A DNA stretch of 63,589 bases, the filler included, from Octopus bimaculoides (taxonomy: Eukaryota): assembly GCF_001194135.2 (NCBI RefSeq). It is 4 parts of 4 records of this genome, joined end to end, with 100 filler letters (N's around TTAATTAATTAA, not from the genome) between each part and the next. Parts side by side here need not be neighbours in the genome. Positions count along the whole stretch, not along the records: positions 28,431 to 51,707 come from NC_068994.1; positions 51,808 to 60,749 come from NC_069007.1; positions 60,850 to 63,589 come from NC_068993.1; 1 more part is not named here. One strand, given 5' to 3'. The translations under genes were made by a program, and so were the position numbers. Numbering within the stretch: the stretch's first letter is position 1; the number at the start of each line of letters is the position of its first letter. Below are positions 51,400 to 63,589 of the stretch, piece by piece. The notes under the pieces were generated by a model. The model ran no database searches. It was not told the DNA's origin and saw only the letters and a program-made list of their open reading frames with translations.

Positions 51400-51587
51400 A
51401 CAGTTCTATATTTAAGAGATGAGGAATTATGTACATTATTTACATTTGACGGATATTTGTCCTCATCTTGTTTGTTGTTAACACAACGTTTCGGCTGATA
51501 TACCCTCCAGCCTTCATCAGGTGTCTTGGGGGAAATTTCCAACCTGGGTTCTCATTCCTAAGGTATTTTTTGATGTTATCATTATTA

Positions 51588-51676
<89 letters not shown>

Positions 51677-51707
51677 GTTATTATTATTATTATTATTCAG
51701 GTCACTG
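51400..51707 (-). mobile_element. Interspersed repeat carrying the hammerhead and an internal (AAT)n tract; 5' end lost at the linker
   Basis: Unique flanks around the hammerhead plus (ATT)n at 51580-51696; repeat status is partly recalled from cephalopod genomes, since only one copy is in this window. Confidence 0.5.
51480..51525 (-). ncRNA. Minimal type-I hammerhead ribozyme (Penelope-type)
   Basis: Minus strand GACAC-CUGAUGA-A-GGCUG(gagggUaUaU)CAGCC-GAAAC-GUU-GUGUU: helix I 5 bp (one G-U), intact core, helix II 5 bp, palindromic ACGU helix III, cleavage triplet GUU. Confidence 0.8.
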
Positions 51708-51807
51708 NNNNNNNNNNNNNNNNNNNNNNNNNNNNNNNNNNNNNNNNNNNNTTAATTAATTAANNNNNNNNNNNNNNNNNNNNNNNNNNNNNNNNNNNNN
51801 NNNNNNN
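51708..51807. other. Artificial scaffold linker 44N-TTAATTAATTAA-44N
   Basis: 12-mer at 51752-51763. Confidence 0.95.
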
Positions 51808-52124
51808 ATATATATATACGTATATATATATATATATGTATGTATGTATGAATGTATATATGTGTGTATGTGTTTATATGCACATTGAAACGGGGACATA
51901 CACACACAGAAACTACTTAAGATGTTTCCGTGAACAAAAGGAGGTGCGCAGATTTGGTTGAAGTCTAGTTTTTAACAAAGGCCGTCTTGAATGACTACTT
52001 CCTCTCCACACATACTGATTAGCAGGCTGTGTGTGTGCGTATGTGTGTCTGCGTGTGTGTATATATATGTATGGATTATATGTCAAAGTATATCGGTATG
52101 TACACGCACACACAACCATACACA

Positions 52125-52161
<37 letters not shown>

Positions 52162-52591
52162 ACACACTTATGGACATGTATGTATGGTAAGAAGTTTTCT
52201 TCGCTTTTACTTGGTTTCGGGTTTCGTACCATTGTGTGCCATTGGCCAAGTACTTTCTACTATAGCCCTATGGCGCCAGGTCGACAAAGCCTTGTGAGTG
52301 GATTTGCTTGATGGAAACTGAAAGAAGCCTGTCATTTATATGCATGTGCAAGTAAATATATAATGAGGAATAGATAGACAGCAGACAACTGATGAAGGGT
52401 CGATTCTCTGTGTTTACTTATGCTGTTTTCCATTTTTTCTCTCGTTTAATTCGTACTTCATGCTGTTTACACAGTTGGTGACGTCCTGTACCCATATATA
52501 AGTATAATAGATACAACAGAGAGAAACAAATTTCTTAACTATACAACCATACAAAAAGAAATTAAATAAATAAAAAGCAAAACACAGAAAC

Positions 52592-52596
52592 AAAAA
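52592..52596 (-). terminator. Pol III oligo-T terminator for tRNA-Gln
   Basis: TTTTT on the minus strand about 10 nt past the tRNA 3' end, with more T runs beyond. Confidence 0.6.
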
Positions 52597-52606
52597 TAAA
52601 TCAATA

Positions 52607-52678
52607 AGGTCTCACCGAGATTCGAACTCGGATTGCTGGATTCAAAGTCCAGAGTGCTCACCATTACACCATGAGACC
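52607..52678 (-). tRNA. tRNA-Gln(UUG)
   Basis: GGTCTCATGGTGTAATGGTGAGCACTCTGGACTTTGAATCCAGCAATCCGAGTTCGAATCTCGGTGAGACCT: 72 nt, fully paired acceptor (GGTCTCA/TGAGACC), anticodon (CTGGA/TCCAG, loop CTTTGAA) and T (CCGAG/CTCGG) stems. Confidence 0.92.
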
Positions 52679-54027
52679 TCTGCGTCTTAATACCCTTTTT
52701 AATCAATTATAAATTAACTATTTTCTATCTGGTCCAAATATTTCAATTCGCAAGCCTCTCCTATATATCTCACGTATTCCCCCCATGTTCCCTCTTGTTG
52801 ACCCTAATCACCCCTTTTCTAAGCCCTCGTTGACCCCCGCCAGGCTCTGCTGGTCTCGTTCAGGGTAAGCAGTCGAAAAGCTTCTGCTTTATGACGAGTT
52901 ATGTCTTTTACTTGTTCAGTCATTGGAGAGTGGCCATGCTGGAGCACTGCTTTCAAAGGTTTACTCCAACGACTTTCGACCTGGGTCAGTATGACCCCCT
53001 AGGGGTCCACAGAAGATTTTGAGCAATAAATTAGTTATACTTTTACAANNNNNNNNNNNNNNNNNNNNNNNNNNNNNNNNNNNNNNNNNNNNNNNNNNNN
53101 NNNNNNNNNNNNNNNNNNNNNNNNNNNNNNNNNNNNNNNNNNNNNNNNNNNNNNNNNNNNNNNNNNNNNNNNNNNNNNNNNNNNNNNNNNNNNNNNNNNN
53201 NNNNNNNNNNNNNNNNNNNNNNNNNNNNNNNNNNNNNNNNNNNNNNNNNNNNNNNNNNNNNNNNNNNNNNNNNNNNNNNNNNNNNNNNNNNNNNATATAT
53301 ATATATATATATATACATACACGTCTCCGTAAACTAGCGGTTCGGCAAAAGTAAGCTTACAAAGAATAAGTCCTGGGGTCGAGGGCTTCGACTAAAAAAA
53401 AACAAAAAAACTTTTAGGGCAATGGTCCAGCATGGCCGCAATCCAACGATTGAATCAAGAATAAAAGAATATATATCACTTTATCAATTAACCTGGTATT
53501 CGCACTTTTGCATTTCTCTGAACGTCCGTGCCTCTAGTTGTTAGTGTTGAGAAACTGCGCACGCGTGGAGGCCATTGTTATGAGCGTCTGAATCTGGTTA
53601 ATTTAGCGTAATTGAAGAACATGAAAAGGAATTAAGAGTTTCATGGGAGGAAATGGAACGACTTCTATACTGATACATCTAAATATTTAAGTAAGTAATA
53701 AATATACATAAATAATAATTTGGTCTGGTTTTGTCTGTTCTGGCGAGCGTGGGTTTTTAAGTAAATTCGGTGTAGATAGTTGTGGTCTGCTACAATTACG
53801 CCGAAAATGTTATGACAGATGTTCCGGAGATATATCAGGAAGTCAATTTAGTTGTGGTAGTTGGAGAGTTATTATAAGGGGAAGTAAGCGGAAAATATAT
53901 ATGGAAAGAGGCTTACAAACGATTGTCATACCGATATAAGCACATGCATACATACATACACACATACATGCACACATACACGCACTCATACATACATATA
54001 TACACACATACACACATACATATGTCT

Positions 54028-54185
54028 GAGTATGGCTGTGTGGTAAGAAGTTCGCTTCTCGACCACATGGTTCCGGGTTCAGTCCTATTGCGTAGCACCT
54101 TGGACAAGGGTCTTCCGCTATAGCCTAAGACCGACCAAAGTTTTGTGAGCGGATTTGGTAAACGGAAACTGAGAGAAGCCCGTTG
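54028..54185 (+). mobile_element. SINE family A
   Basis: Diverged copy of 6511-6669. Confidence 0.75.
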
Positions 54186-55345
54186 CATATATGTATGTAT
54201 GTATGTATATATGTATGTATGGCTTTACAATTAAAAGTGAAACGACATAGTGTGTATCTAACAAAGTGTGCGGCACATCTGTTGTTTTATAGAAGGAATA
54301 AATAACAAACAAGCTTAATCTAAGACTCTTTCTCGAGAGACACCGTTCCCATTTGACCTCCCTTCGTTAATTAATAACCATCAAAGGAAAGCCGAGACAC
54401 ATCGTCAAAAAGATAGAAAGGAAGACGCTACCATCCTTTGAGACAGATGTTCTCGAGATGTGTCAGGAACTCAATTTGGCGTAGTTGAAGAGTTACTAAA
54501 GAGAAGTAAGCGAAAACTATATGGAAAGAGGCTAGCAAACGATTGTGTTGTCGATATAAACATACAAACACACACACAGACACACACACACATACATACA
54601 TACATACATACATATATACACATACATACACACATACGCACTTACATACATACATACTCACATAAACACCAGATTTTATAGTATTTTTTGTCCTCTTCCT
54701 GAATCTAAAGGGACGTATTTCGCATAAGAGGTTCCGAATCATTTTCTTTTTTTATGTACGAACCCCTTTCATTGTTATTTTATTCTTATGCTTCTACCCC
54801 CCCCCCCNNNNNNNNNNNNNNNNNNNNNNNNNNNNNNNNNNNNNNNNNNNNNNNNNNNNNNNNNNNNNNNNNNNNNNNNNNNNNNNNNNNNNNNNNNNNN
54901 NNNNNNNNNNNNNNNNNNNNNNNNNNNNNNNNNNNNNNNNNNNNNNNNNNNNNNNNNNNNNNNNNNNNNNNNNNNNNNNNNNNNNNNNNNNNNNNNNNNN
55001 NNNNNNNNNNNNNNNNNNNNNNNNNNNNNNNNNNNNNNNNNNNNNNNNNNNNNNNNNNNNNNNNNNNNNNNNNNNNNNNNNNNNNNNNNNNNNNNNNNNN
55101 NNNNNNNNNNNNNNNNNNNNNNNNNNNNNNNNNNNNNNNNNNNNNNNNNNNNNNNNNNNNNNNNNNNNNNNNNNNNNNNNNNNNNNNNNNNNNNNNNNNN
55201 NNNNNNNNNNNNNNNNNNNNNNNNNNNNNNNNNNNNNNNNNNNNNNNNNNNNNNNNNNNNNNNNNNNNNNNNNNNNNNNNNNNNNNNNNNNNNNNNNNNN
55301 NNNNNNNNNNNNNNNNNNNNNNNNNNNNNNNNNNNNNNNNNNNNN

Positions 55346-55625
55346 GGTTGACACCCACAAGATTATCCTCCAACTTTCCCACAACGGCCTTGGGCACCTT
55401 TTTGAATTCCATGTCAAATACTCATGGACATGTTTACAAAATCAAAAAAACAAAAAAAACAACACAGCACCCATGACTTTTGGAAACGTTTTTTTCACGG
55501 TTAGAATTATTGAAGTATGGAATAAACTACCCGCATCAGTCGTTAGCTGTCGAGACAATGCATCTTCGAAACTTCCATGCTTCTTGAAATAAGATAAAAC
55601 GATGATGATGAATGATGATGATGAT
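55346..55625 (+). mobile_element. CR1-type LINE 3' end with (GAT)n tail
   Basis: NTHGHVYKIKK and KRFFTVRIIEVWNKLPASVV match the TRGH..KL.K / FF..R....WN.LP..VV pattern of CR1 ORF2 C-termini. Confidence 0.65.
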
Positions 55626-55953
55626 GGTAGCAGTAGTGTTGACGCATAATGTGTCTCAAATGGCGTCGAGGACGACGGTGGCGGCAGCGAGGGGGAGACG
55701 TGGGAAGGTGATGGCGGTGGTGTAACACGCGTGGGGGCGGCGGCGATGGTGGCGATGGTAGTCCTGCAAGTAGGTGGCGGTGGTTATAATGGTGTCAATA
55801 TTTGTGCTGACCGAGATGTCTATGTTGTGCCGATAATAAGTGTATACATATATATATATATATGTGTGTGTGTATGTGTTGGTTAAGGGAGTCATATATC
55901 TATTGACGATACATTAGGCTGGATAACCCGTAAATGTAGCTTGAATAAGGTCT

Positions 55954-55989
<36 letters not shown>

Positions 55990-56074
55990 ACATGCACATA
56001 CAGACACACAAACGTTACCCGTTTTTGTCTTCGTATTTAGGTGTAACCTTTTCCCATTCATGATATTGCAGAAG

Positions 56075-56114
<40 letters not shown>

Positions 56115-58399
56115 TTTTTCTTATGTCTTTCATATGCATGTCTGTGTGTGTGTGTGTGTTTGTGTAGATGTAGATGTAATATAGGTTGAATGTAGACATG
56201 CACGCAGGCACACACACACTCACACACACGTATGTATGTATATATGTGTCCATGCAATTTACATTAATAGAAATGTATATATTTGTATACATATCACGGA
56301 TGTGTGCATATTCATGTGGATACACCGGCCTGTAATCCTTTTCAGTCATTCAAAAGTAATAAATGACATCAGTGAATGGGTTAGCTGCTACAGCGCATAT
56401 ATACATATATATATATATATTCATTTAGTCTCACCGCAATGCTTCTAGATGTATATTATGTTCTTGTCTTTACAAGCACCCTCTGTGTTNNNNNNNNNNN
56501 NNNNNNNNNNNNNNNNNNNNNNNNNNNNNNNNNNNNNNNNNNNNNNNNNNNNNNNNNNNNNNNNNNNNNNNNNNNNNNNNNNNNNNNNNNNNNNNNNNNN
56601 NNNNNNNNNNNNNNNNNNNNNNNNNNNNNNNNNNNNNNNNNNNNNNNNNNNNNNNNNNNNNNNNNNNNNNNNNNNNNNNNNNNNNNNNNNNNNNNNNNNN
56701 NNNNNNNNNNNNNNNNNNNNNNNNNNNNNNNNNNNNNNNNNNNNNNNNNNNNNNNNNNNNNNNNNNNNNNNNNNNNNNNNNNNNNNNNNNNNNNNNNNNN
56801 NNNNNNNNNNNNNNNNNNNNNNNNNNNNNNNNNNNNNNNNNNNNNNNNNNNNNNNNNNNNNNNNNNNNNNNNNNNNNNNNNNNNNNNNNNNNNNNNNNNN
56901 NNNNNNNNNNNNNNNNNNNNNNNNNNNNNNNNNNNNNNNNNNNNNNNNNNNNNNNNNNNNNNNNNNNNNNNNNNNNNNNNNNNNNNNNNNNNNNNNNNNN
57001 NNNNNNNNNNNNNNNNNNNNNNNNNNNNNNNNNNNNNNNNNNNNNGCGCACACGCGCACCCATATTCAGCCACAGCAACACAAATTCCCTTAAACGATAC
57101 GTTACTTTCTAAGAAGAAAAGCGGCCATATTGACCATATATTTACGTATGCGTTTTTTTTTTCTGTGCGTACCTGGTCTCATTTCTCGAATTTCACCAAT
57201 GGTGAAAGAGCCGGTTTCTAACCTAGAAAGAAGACTCAATCTTGCTTAGACATTAAACAACGTATTTATGAATGCATATATAAATGTACATATATGTACG
57301 CATGTATGCATGCAGGAATATATATATATATATTCATTTAGTCTCACCGCAATGCTTCTAGATGTATATTATGTTCTTGTCTTTACAAGCACCCTCTGTG
57401 TTTAGTGCCAGTCTACAGCAGTTTAGAGCCAGTTAGTTTACGGTCGACACATCTGTCCTAGAGTTGTGTTCCATCACATTCCGTGAATTTTTGCGAGGTT
57501 TTGTCTTAAAACAAAACAAAACAAAACTAGGCCTTACTTATTTCATCTCAAATGTTTCTGAAAATGCGGAAAGTGATAGTATATACTGTGAATGCAATGA
57601 ACGGTGGGAAAAAAAATGCTCTTTTATTCAGAATTTGTCCTTCAGGGAAACCGTTGTGTATTGTCTGCTGAAAATAGTTTCACACGTAACAGAAGACATG
57701 TTGAAAAAAATGAAGACATTTCAAAAACCTCAGACGGAAATAGATGATAATCTTAAACTGGAGAGATTTGGGTGTGAGTTATGCAAAGAAATTGTGATTT
57801 AGAAAGATGGAACGTGTGTGTGTGTGTGTGTGTGTCTTCTGTAAATTGTTTGTAAATTGTATGTTTTGGTAAATTGTTGGCAAATTGTGCTTTGTAAATT
57901 GTTTGTAAAATGTGTGTGTGTGTGTGTTTTGTGTGTTTTGTAAATTTGTAAATTCCTGGTAAATATTCTAACGGTCTCTTACGCCAAACTGCTAACGTAC
58001 GCGGAGGTAAACAAACCAGCACCGGTTGTCATATGGTCTGATGTATGTGTGCGTGTGTGTGTGTGTGTGTATGTATGTGGACGTGTATTGTTTCATGCAT
58101 TGGATTGCGGCCATGCTGGGGCACCGCCTTGGGTTTCGTCGAATAATGCGACACCAGCATTTACTTTTTAAAGCCAGGTACTTCTCCTACCGGACACAGG
58201 TAAATACTGAGGTGGATTTGTTCAACTAAAACCATTCAAGGCGGTGCTCCAGCATGGTCGCTGTCTTCTAATTATGGAAATGAGTAAATCATATAGAAAA
58301 ATAAAAGATGAAAAGATAAAAGTAAAAGAATTTAGTAATTAGCAAAATTAATGAGAAATATTAGATTAAGATTACGTAATGAGGAACTTCAATGATCTA

Positions 58400-58900
58400 A
58401 GTTTGAAAGCATAGAGAACGGAAACAGTTGTTTTACAACTGAGATATGCATTTGTGTCAATAGAACAACAGGGATGCCCTCCCTGTGTGAATCTTTTATT
58501 GTATTTCGTTGAAACACGGACAATTCGTTTAGTTGTGTTTTCTTGGCGAGGCAGTGTTGCAGGCGTGGGTGTGAGGCCAAGAAGCGCTCCCAGGTCATTT
58601 AGTTATGTTTTGTAGGCGTATCGTCTCTCCGGGATCATGATCGAGGACCTGTGGTTCGAGAGAAGCTGCTTGAAGGTGTTTCCGGAACATCCCATGTATG
58701 TTCGTATGTTGCTGCTGGTGATGTCGTTTCCGTTGATGTTAACGTTGCTGCTTCCGCTGTTGTTGGTGCTGTTGGTGTTGTCGCTGGTGATGGCGTCGAT
58801 AATCCTGGCGTAGGGGGACATCATCGGTGGCGGTGTTACCCAAGGAGCAAGCGTTGCAAGCAGTTCATAGCTGAACAGGCGAGAATATTAAACGACACAC
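58400..58900 (-). pseudogene. Penelope-like element GIY-YIG endonuclease remnant
   Basis: Minus strand CSLGN, PYARII, TYMGCSGNTFKQLLSNHRSS (cf. YIG.T...FK.R..NH..SF) and HCLAKK (cf. LCL.EK); frameshifted. Confidence 0.55.
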
Positions 58901-59593
58901 TCGACCCGGGGGAACGTCTTAAATTCCAGAACGGAAACCTTCGGACCTTGCTTACACTTTACGAAATTCCTACTGAAGTCCTGGAATCCACAAGCTGACC
59001 ACGTCGACAACGGATAGTGTTCTAAGGGAGACATTCATTTGTGCTTAACCCTTTGTCCGAGCGGTCAAAATATAGCTACGACGTCTTTTCTCTCTCCACT
59101 TTGAAGGGAGGCCATAAGACACTAGCCCTAGGTGCCGCTTAGTGGTACTGAAACCAAAAGCACGTGGCTGCCAAACGAGCCTCTTACCCGCGTAGCCACG
59201 CCCGATCCAATCTTTCGTAATTCCTTTCAAGCAACAACATCAATAACAACAACAACGACAACAACAAACTCTTTCAAAGCTTGTATACGAAATTCGGGCC
59301 ACCATTACCGAACAGCGGGTCGCATGGTATATATCTTATGAGATGGGCCACACTACTAAAAGAGATAACAATAAATAAAAGGTAATTTTTCGTTAGGAGT
59401 GCCATACCTAAATTCCTGCGGTCAACATGTTACCCAGGGAAGAACTACAAATGAATATAAAAGATGAGTGCAGTTTAACAACCAACTGTGATTTTATTTT
59501 AAAAACGTTTTGCTCTCATTTCTCATTTTAAATACATACATATATACATATGTATATACGTATGTATGTATGTATGTATGTATGTATGTATTA

Positions 59594-59632
<39 letters not shown>

Positions 59633-59677
59633 TGGGTTGTAAGAAATGAATAAAGCCTTTCTTAGATAAAATTACAT

Positions 59678-59708
<31 letters not shown>

Positions 59709-60052
59709 CATATATATATATATACACACAAACACACACACACACATGTGTGTGTGTGTGTATGTAATACATTCATTGCTCAATGTTCCGAAAATAATCC
59801 TATTGAAAAACTGATAAAAGCAAGTTACAGGTGCAAAGTTGTTTGACAGCTATATATATATATGTGTGTGTGTGTATANNNNNNNNNNNNNNNNNNNNNN
59901 NNNNNNNNNNNNNNNNNNNNNNNNNNNNNNNNNNNNNNNNNNNNNNNNNNNNNNNNNNNNNNNNNNNNNNNNNNNNNNNNNNNNNATATGTATGTATATA
60001 TACATATATACACATATATACATACATTCATATATCCTTAAATACATACAGA

Positions 60053-60093
<41 letters not shown>

Positions 60094-60191
60094 ACACATA
60101 TATATATACCTACATACACACACATATGTATATACATACATACAAGCACACACAAACACACATATACATTTATACATACATACACACGCAC

Positions 60192-60242
<51 letters not shown>

Positions 60243-60250
60243 CATATATG

Positions 60251-60282
<32 letters not shown>

Positions 60283-60325
60283 TACATATATCTATATCTA
60301 TCTATATTTCTTTCTCTCTCTCTCA

Positions 60326-60357
<32 letters not shown>

Positions 60358-60749
60358 ATATATATATATATATATATATTTGAATGTATGTATGTATCTA
60401 TGTACATATATATACACCCAAACACATATATTTCTTACAAAAACATGTAATATAACTACATTTACATACAAACGCATGCAAACATGGTTATGTACACATA
60501 TTCGTATAAATCTATGAATCATTGACCATGTGAATGATGATATATACTGCGGCCATGCTGGAGCACTGCCCTGCAGAATTTCAGTCGAACGAATCAGCCC
60601 CGTTATTTTTGTTATAAAGCCTGCTATTCATTCAGTTGGCCTTCTTTGCTAATCTGCTACGTCACGAGGATGTGAAAACACCAACACCGGTTCTCAAGCG
60701 GTGACGTGAAACAAATACGGACACAAAGGAACACACACACACACACACA

Positions 60750-60849
60750 NNNNNNNNNNNNNNNNNNNNNNNNNNNNNNNNNNNNNNNNNNNNTTAATTA
60801 ATTAANNNNNNNNNNNNNNNNNNNNNNNNNNNNNNNNNNNNNNNNNNNN
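60750..60849. other. Artificial scaffold linker 44N-TTAATTAATTAA-44N
   Basis: 12-mer at 60794-60805. Confidence 0.95.
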
Positions 60850-62111
60850 ATATATATATATATATATATAAGCATATTTGCGCGCTTCAGTAGATATATG
60901 TGCTCTTCTACTTTTTGTTTAGAATATGTATTTTGATATTTATGTAGCCAAATATATTTACGCTTTTATCTACATGTACTTGTGTGTAAGCAAACATATT
61001 TAAGTCGGAGCACGCATATGTGTGCACGTTCGTCTATATGTGTAATGATTGGGTTTTCGAAACATTAGTGAGAAGAAGCAAAAAGAAGATTAGAGAGTGA
61101 AAGATAGATAGAGAGAAAGAGAGAGAGAGAGAGAGACAGAAAGTCACGGGGAAAGACTGAGAAAGAAGTAAAACAAGAAAAGCAAATATAAACAGCAACA
61201 ACGCCAAAAAACAATAGCAAAACCAGCGAAGATGACAAAAATTTTCAACTTCCTAAATCGTATTAAAATATTTTCAATATTTTCTATTTATATATTTTTT
61301 AAAGGAAAAATCAATCGCTGTTCAATATAATATAATATTGCTTATTATGCAAAAATCTGTTTAATAGAAGAATAACGTTGGTTTCATATATTGCTATATA
61401 AGTGCGGTTTTGTAAAGACAACAGAGCAAGTTACTAGGTCTTATAGCGTGTGTGTTTGTGTGTCTTTTATCTTTTACTGATTTCAGTCATTAGGTTGCAG
61501 CCATGCTGGGGGCACCGTTGTAATGGGTTTAATCAAGCTATTCGATTCTAATATTTGTTTTGTTTCAAGTTTGGTATGTATTGTCTCGGATTTGGTTCAA
61601 GACAGGAATGTATAAATAGAATATTTAGTTCGATTATATAGGCTGTAAATGTTATCGGAACATTTAATTGGAAATCGAACATTCCTTTTTTTCTATTTTC
61701 TTTCTATTTGTTCTCCCACCCTCTCCTCTTCTCCCTCCAGTATTTCGTTGAGCAAGAACCCGCGCACGCCATAAACATTTTGTACAGAGTTTGTACTGTT
61801 TTTGCGATAAGTTGTGAATTGTATTTCATTTGGGTGTTAAACGAATTCCTCTTTACAGCAGATGGCATCCACTTCGCAGGAGGCTGATTCCAAAGCCCTC
61901 TTTTGTACCGAATGGACTCTTCCTGGGGTGCTTCTCCTCCCACTTAATCACCTTTAAGCAATTCCTTGGAAGTTATTTTTATCATAAATTTCTACTGGTT
62001 CCCTTCGTCCACCATCTCATCTCCATTCTCATAAGTGTACAATTGTGAAGGGACAGATCCTAGTGGTTAATTTCCTGCTGCAGGTGCCGTTTTGTTATAA
62101 TAATCGTTTGT

Positions 62112-62539
62112 ACTAAAGGAACGAAGCCTAAAATTTTGGGATAAGGGATTAGTCGATTACATCGACCCCAGTGTTCCACTGGGATCTAATTTATCGACCG
62201 CCAAAAAATGAAAGGAGAAGTCGACCACAGCGGAATTCGAACTCAGAACGTGGCGACGAGCGAAAAATCGGTAAGCATTTCGTCCAGCGTGCTAACCATT
62301 CTGCCAGCTCATCACCTTAGTAATAATAATAATAATCCTTCCTATTATAGGCCTGAAATTTTGGAGGAGGGGACTAGTTGATAACATCGACCCCAGTGTT
62401 TCACTGGTATTTAGTTTATCGACCCCGAAAGAATGAAAGGCAATGTCGACCACGGTGGAATTTGAACTCAGAGAGTAAAAGACAAACGAAATGCCGCTAA
62501 GCATTTTTCTCAGTGTGGTAACCATTCTGCCAGCTCGCC
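62112..62539 (-). mobile_element. Two tandem SINE family C copies (62112-62318, 62343-62539)
   Basis: Both show gagctggcagaatggtt...gagttc(g/a)aattcc...ggtcgac on the minus strand. Confidence 0.8.
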
Positions 62540-62690
62540 AGAAGAAGAAGAAGAAGAAGAAGAAGAAGAAGAAGAAGAAGAAGAAGAAGAAGAAGAAGAA
62601 GAAGAAGAAGAAGAAGAAGAAGAAGAAGAAGAAAAAGAAGAAGAAGAAGAAGAAGAAGAAGAAGAAGAAGAAGAAGAAGAAGAAGAAGAA
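62540..62690. repeat. (GAA)n microsatellite, about 50 units
   Basis: Directly visible. Confidence 0.95.
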
Positions 62691-62699
62691 GAGCAACAA

Positions 62700-63075
62700 C
62701 AACACACTTTTTATTGGCCACAACGGCCGAATACAAAACAAATAGGGACAATACAATAAAAGGTCAAGTGGGGTGTTGAACAATGCCGTGCATACAATAA
62801 GTAACAAAAAGACAAATAATAGAATTCAACAATAAAAATTCTCCAAAAGTGGGGAGTCCCTCACAGCTACAACATCAGAACCCCACACAACCTGGTTATT
62901 CCGACCGCCAGATGCACTTCAGCAGGCGCCTGTATTTTTCTCAACTTCTCCGGTTTACAAACGGAAGTTCGGAGTAGGCCCATTCACACGTGCCATCCTC
63001 ACCACATACACCCACTTTTGAATAAATTTACAGTGAGGTCAGATCTTCCGTCTCTACCCTCAGATTCTTGCGTAT
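62700..63075 (-). mobile_element. Probable LINE (Tx1/L1-like) 3' end
   Basis: Minus strand LRVE...KFIQKWVYVVRMARVNG, then a pyrimidine-rich UTR, AATAAA and a (TTG)/(TTC)n tail; clade assignment from memory. Confidence 0.4.
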
Positions 63076-63335
63076 TCGGGTGACTTGTTAACAGACCAGC
63101 ATGTAACATATAAGGAAGCTATAATTTCCAGTCACTTGAGGGTTGTCAATTATCGATAACCGGTACTGATGACAACTACCGAGATTCATTGATCCACTAA
63201 GGGCGCCCTCAAATAGCTGTTTGTGTCACAACACCTGGTGACTGAAGCAAAAATTTTCTCAACAGCATACCTCAGTGAAAATGGCTTTTCAACATATCTA
63301 ACTCATCACAAAACATGTAATAACTTTAATAATGC

Positions 63336-63393
<58 letters not shown>

Positions 63394-63406
63394 TGTAGTA
63401 GTAGTT

Positions 63407-63441
<35 letters not shown>

Positions 63442-63454
63442 TGTAGTAGTAGTT

Positions 63455-63486
<32 letters not shown>

Positions 63487-63499
63487 TGTAGTAGTAGTT

Positions 63500-63535
<36 letters not shown>

Positions 63536-63589
63536 ATAGTGGTCGTGGTAGTGGTAGAGGTAGTGGTAGTGGTGGTAATGGCAGTAGTA
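63336..63589. repeat. (GTA)n microsatellite
   Basis: Directly visible; similar tracts at 28431-28500 and 46787-47350. Confidence 0.95.

Noticed and set aside
56400-57402. Identical block of about 85 bp before a gap and again at about 57320-57402
   Set aside because: Most likely a mis-scaffolded overlap rather than a real duplication; cannot be resolved without reads
29886-63589. Long ORFs rich in H/T/Y/I/C/V, poly-T, poly-L, poly-N or poly-K
   Set aside because: Translations of (CA)n, (TA)n, (TAC)n, (TTG)n and (GAA)n microsatellites and N runs; not genes

Overview
AT-rich animal genomic DNA from a gapped draft assembly, extremely rich in microsatellites. The SINE/MITE families and repeat density look most like Octopus; this is an inference from remembered repeat families, not a search. 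The window is not one contiguous locus: three artificial 100-bp linkers (44 N + TTAATTAATTAA + 44 N) split it into four segments (1-28330, 28431-51707, 51808-60749, 60850-63589). Segment 1 holds the only protein-coding gene I can support, a + strand gene with 8 coding exons (8478-26983, at least 1500 codons) that is cut off by the first linker. Its N-terminus has two S/T-P-K-S/T-L-L/I motifs resembling the Ndc80(Spc24/25)-binding motifs of CENP-T. It also has a duplicated pair of phase-1 exons and a 3.8-kb acidic exon with a 27-bp TQ/SQ repeat array. The diagnostic C-terminal histone fold is not visible, so CENP-T is a tentative call. Other features are a tRNA-Gln(UUG) gene, a minimal type-I hammerhead ribozyme of the Penelope type, a triple-nested MITE > Tc1 > solo-LTR-like insertion, DD37D (maT) transposon relics, Helitron, RTE, CR1 and Penelope remnants, many SINEs, and mini/microsatellites. 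There is no rRNA or CRISPR array. I found no multi-gene system that I can demonstrate is new; the strongest leads are the enlarged CENP-T-like protein, the hammerhead-bearing repeat and the mirrored promoter-like inverted repeat.
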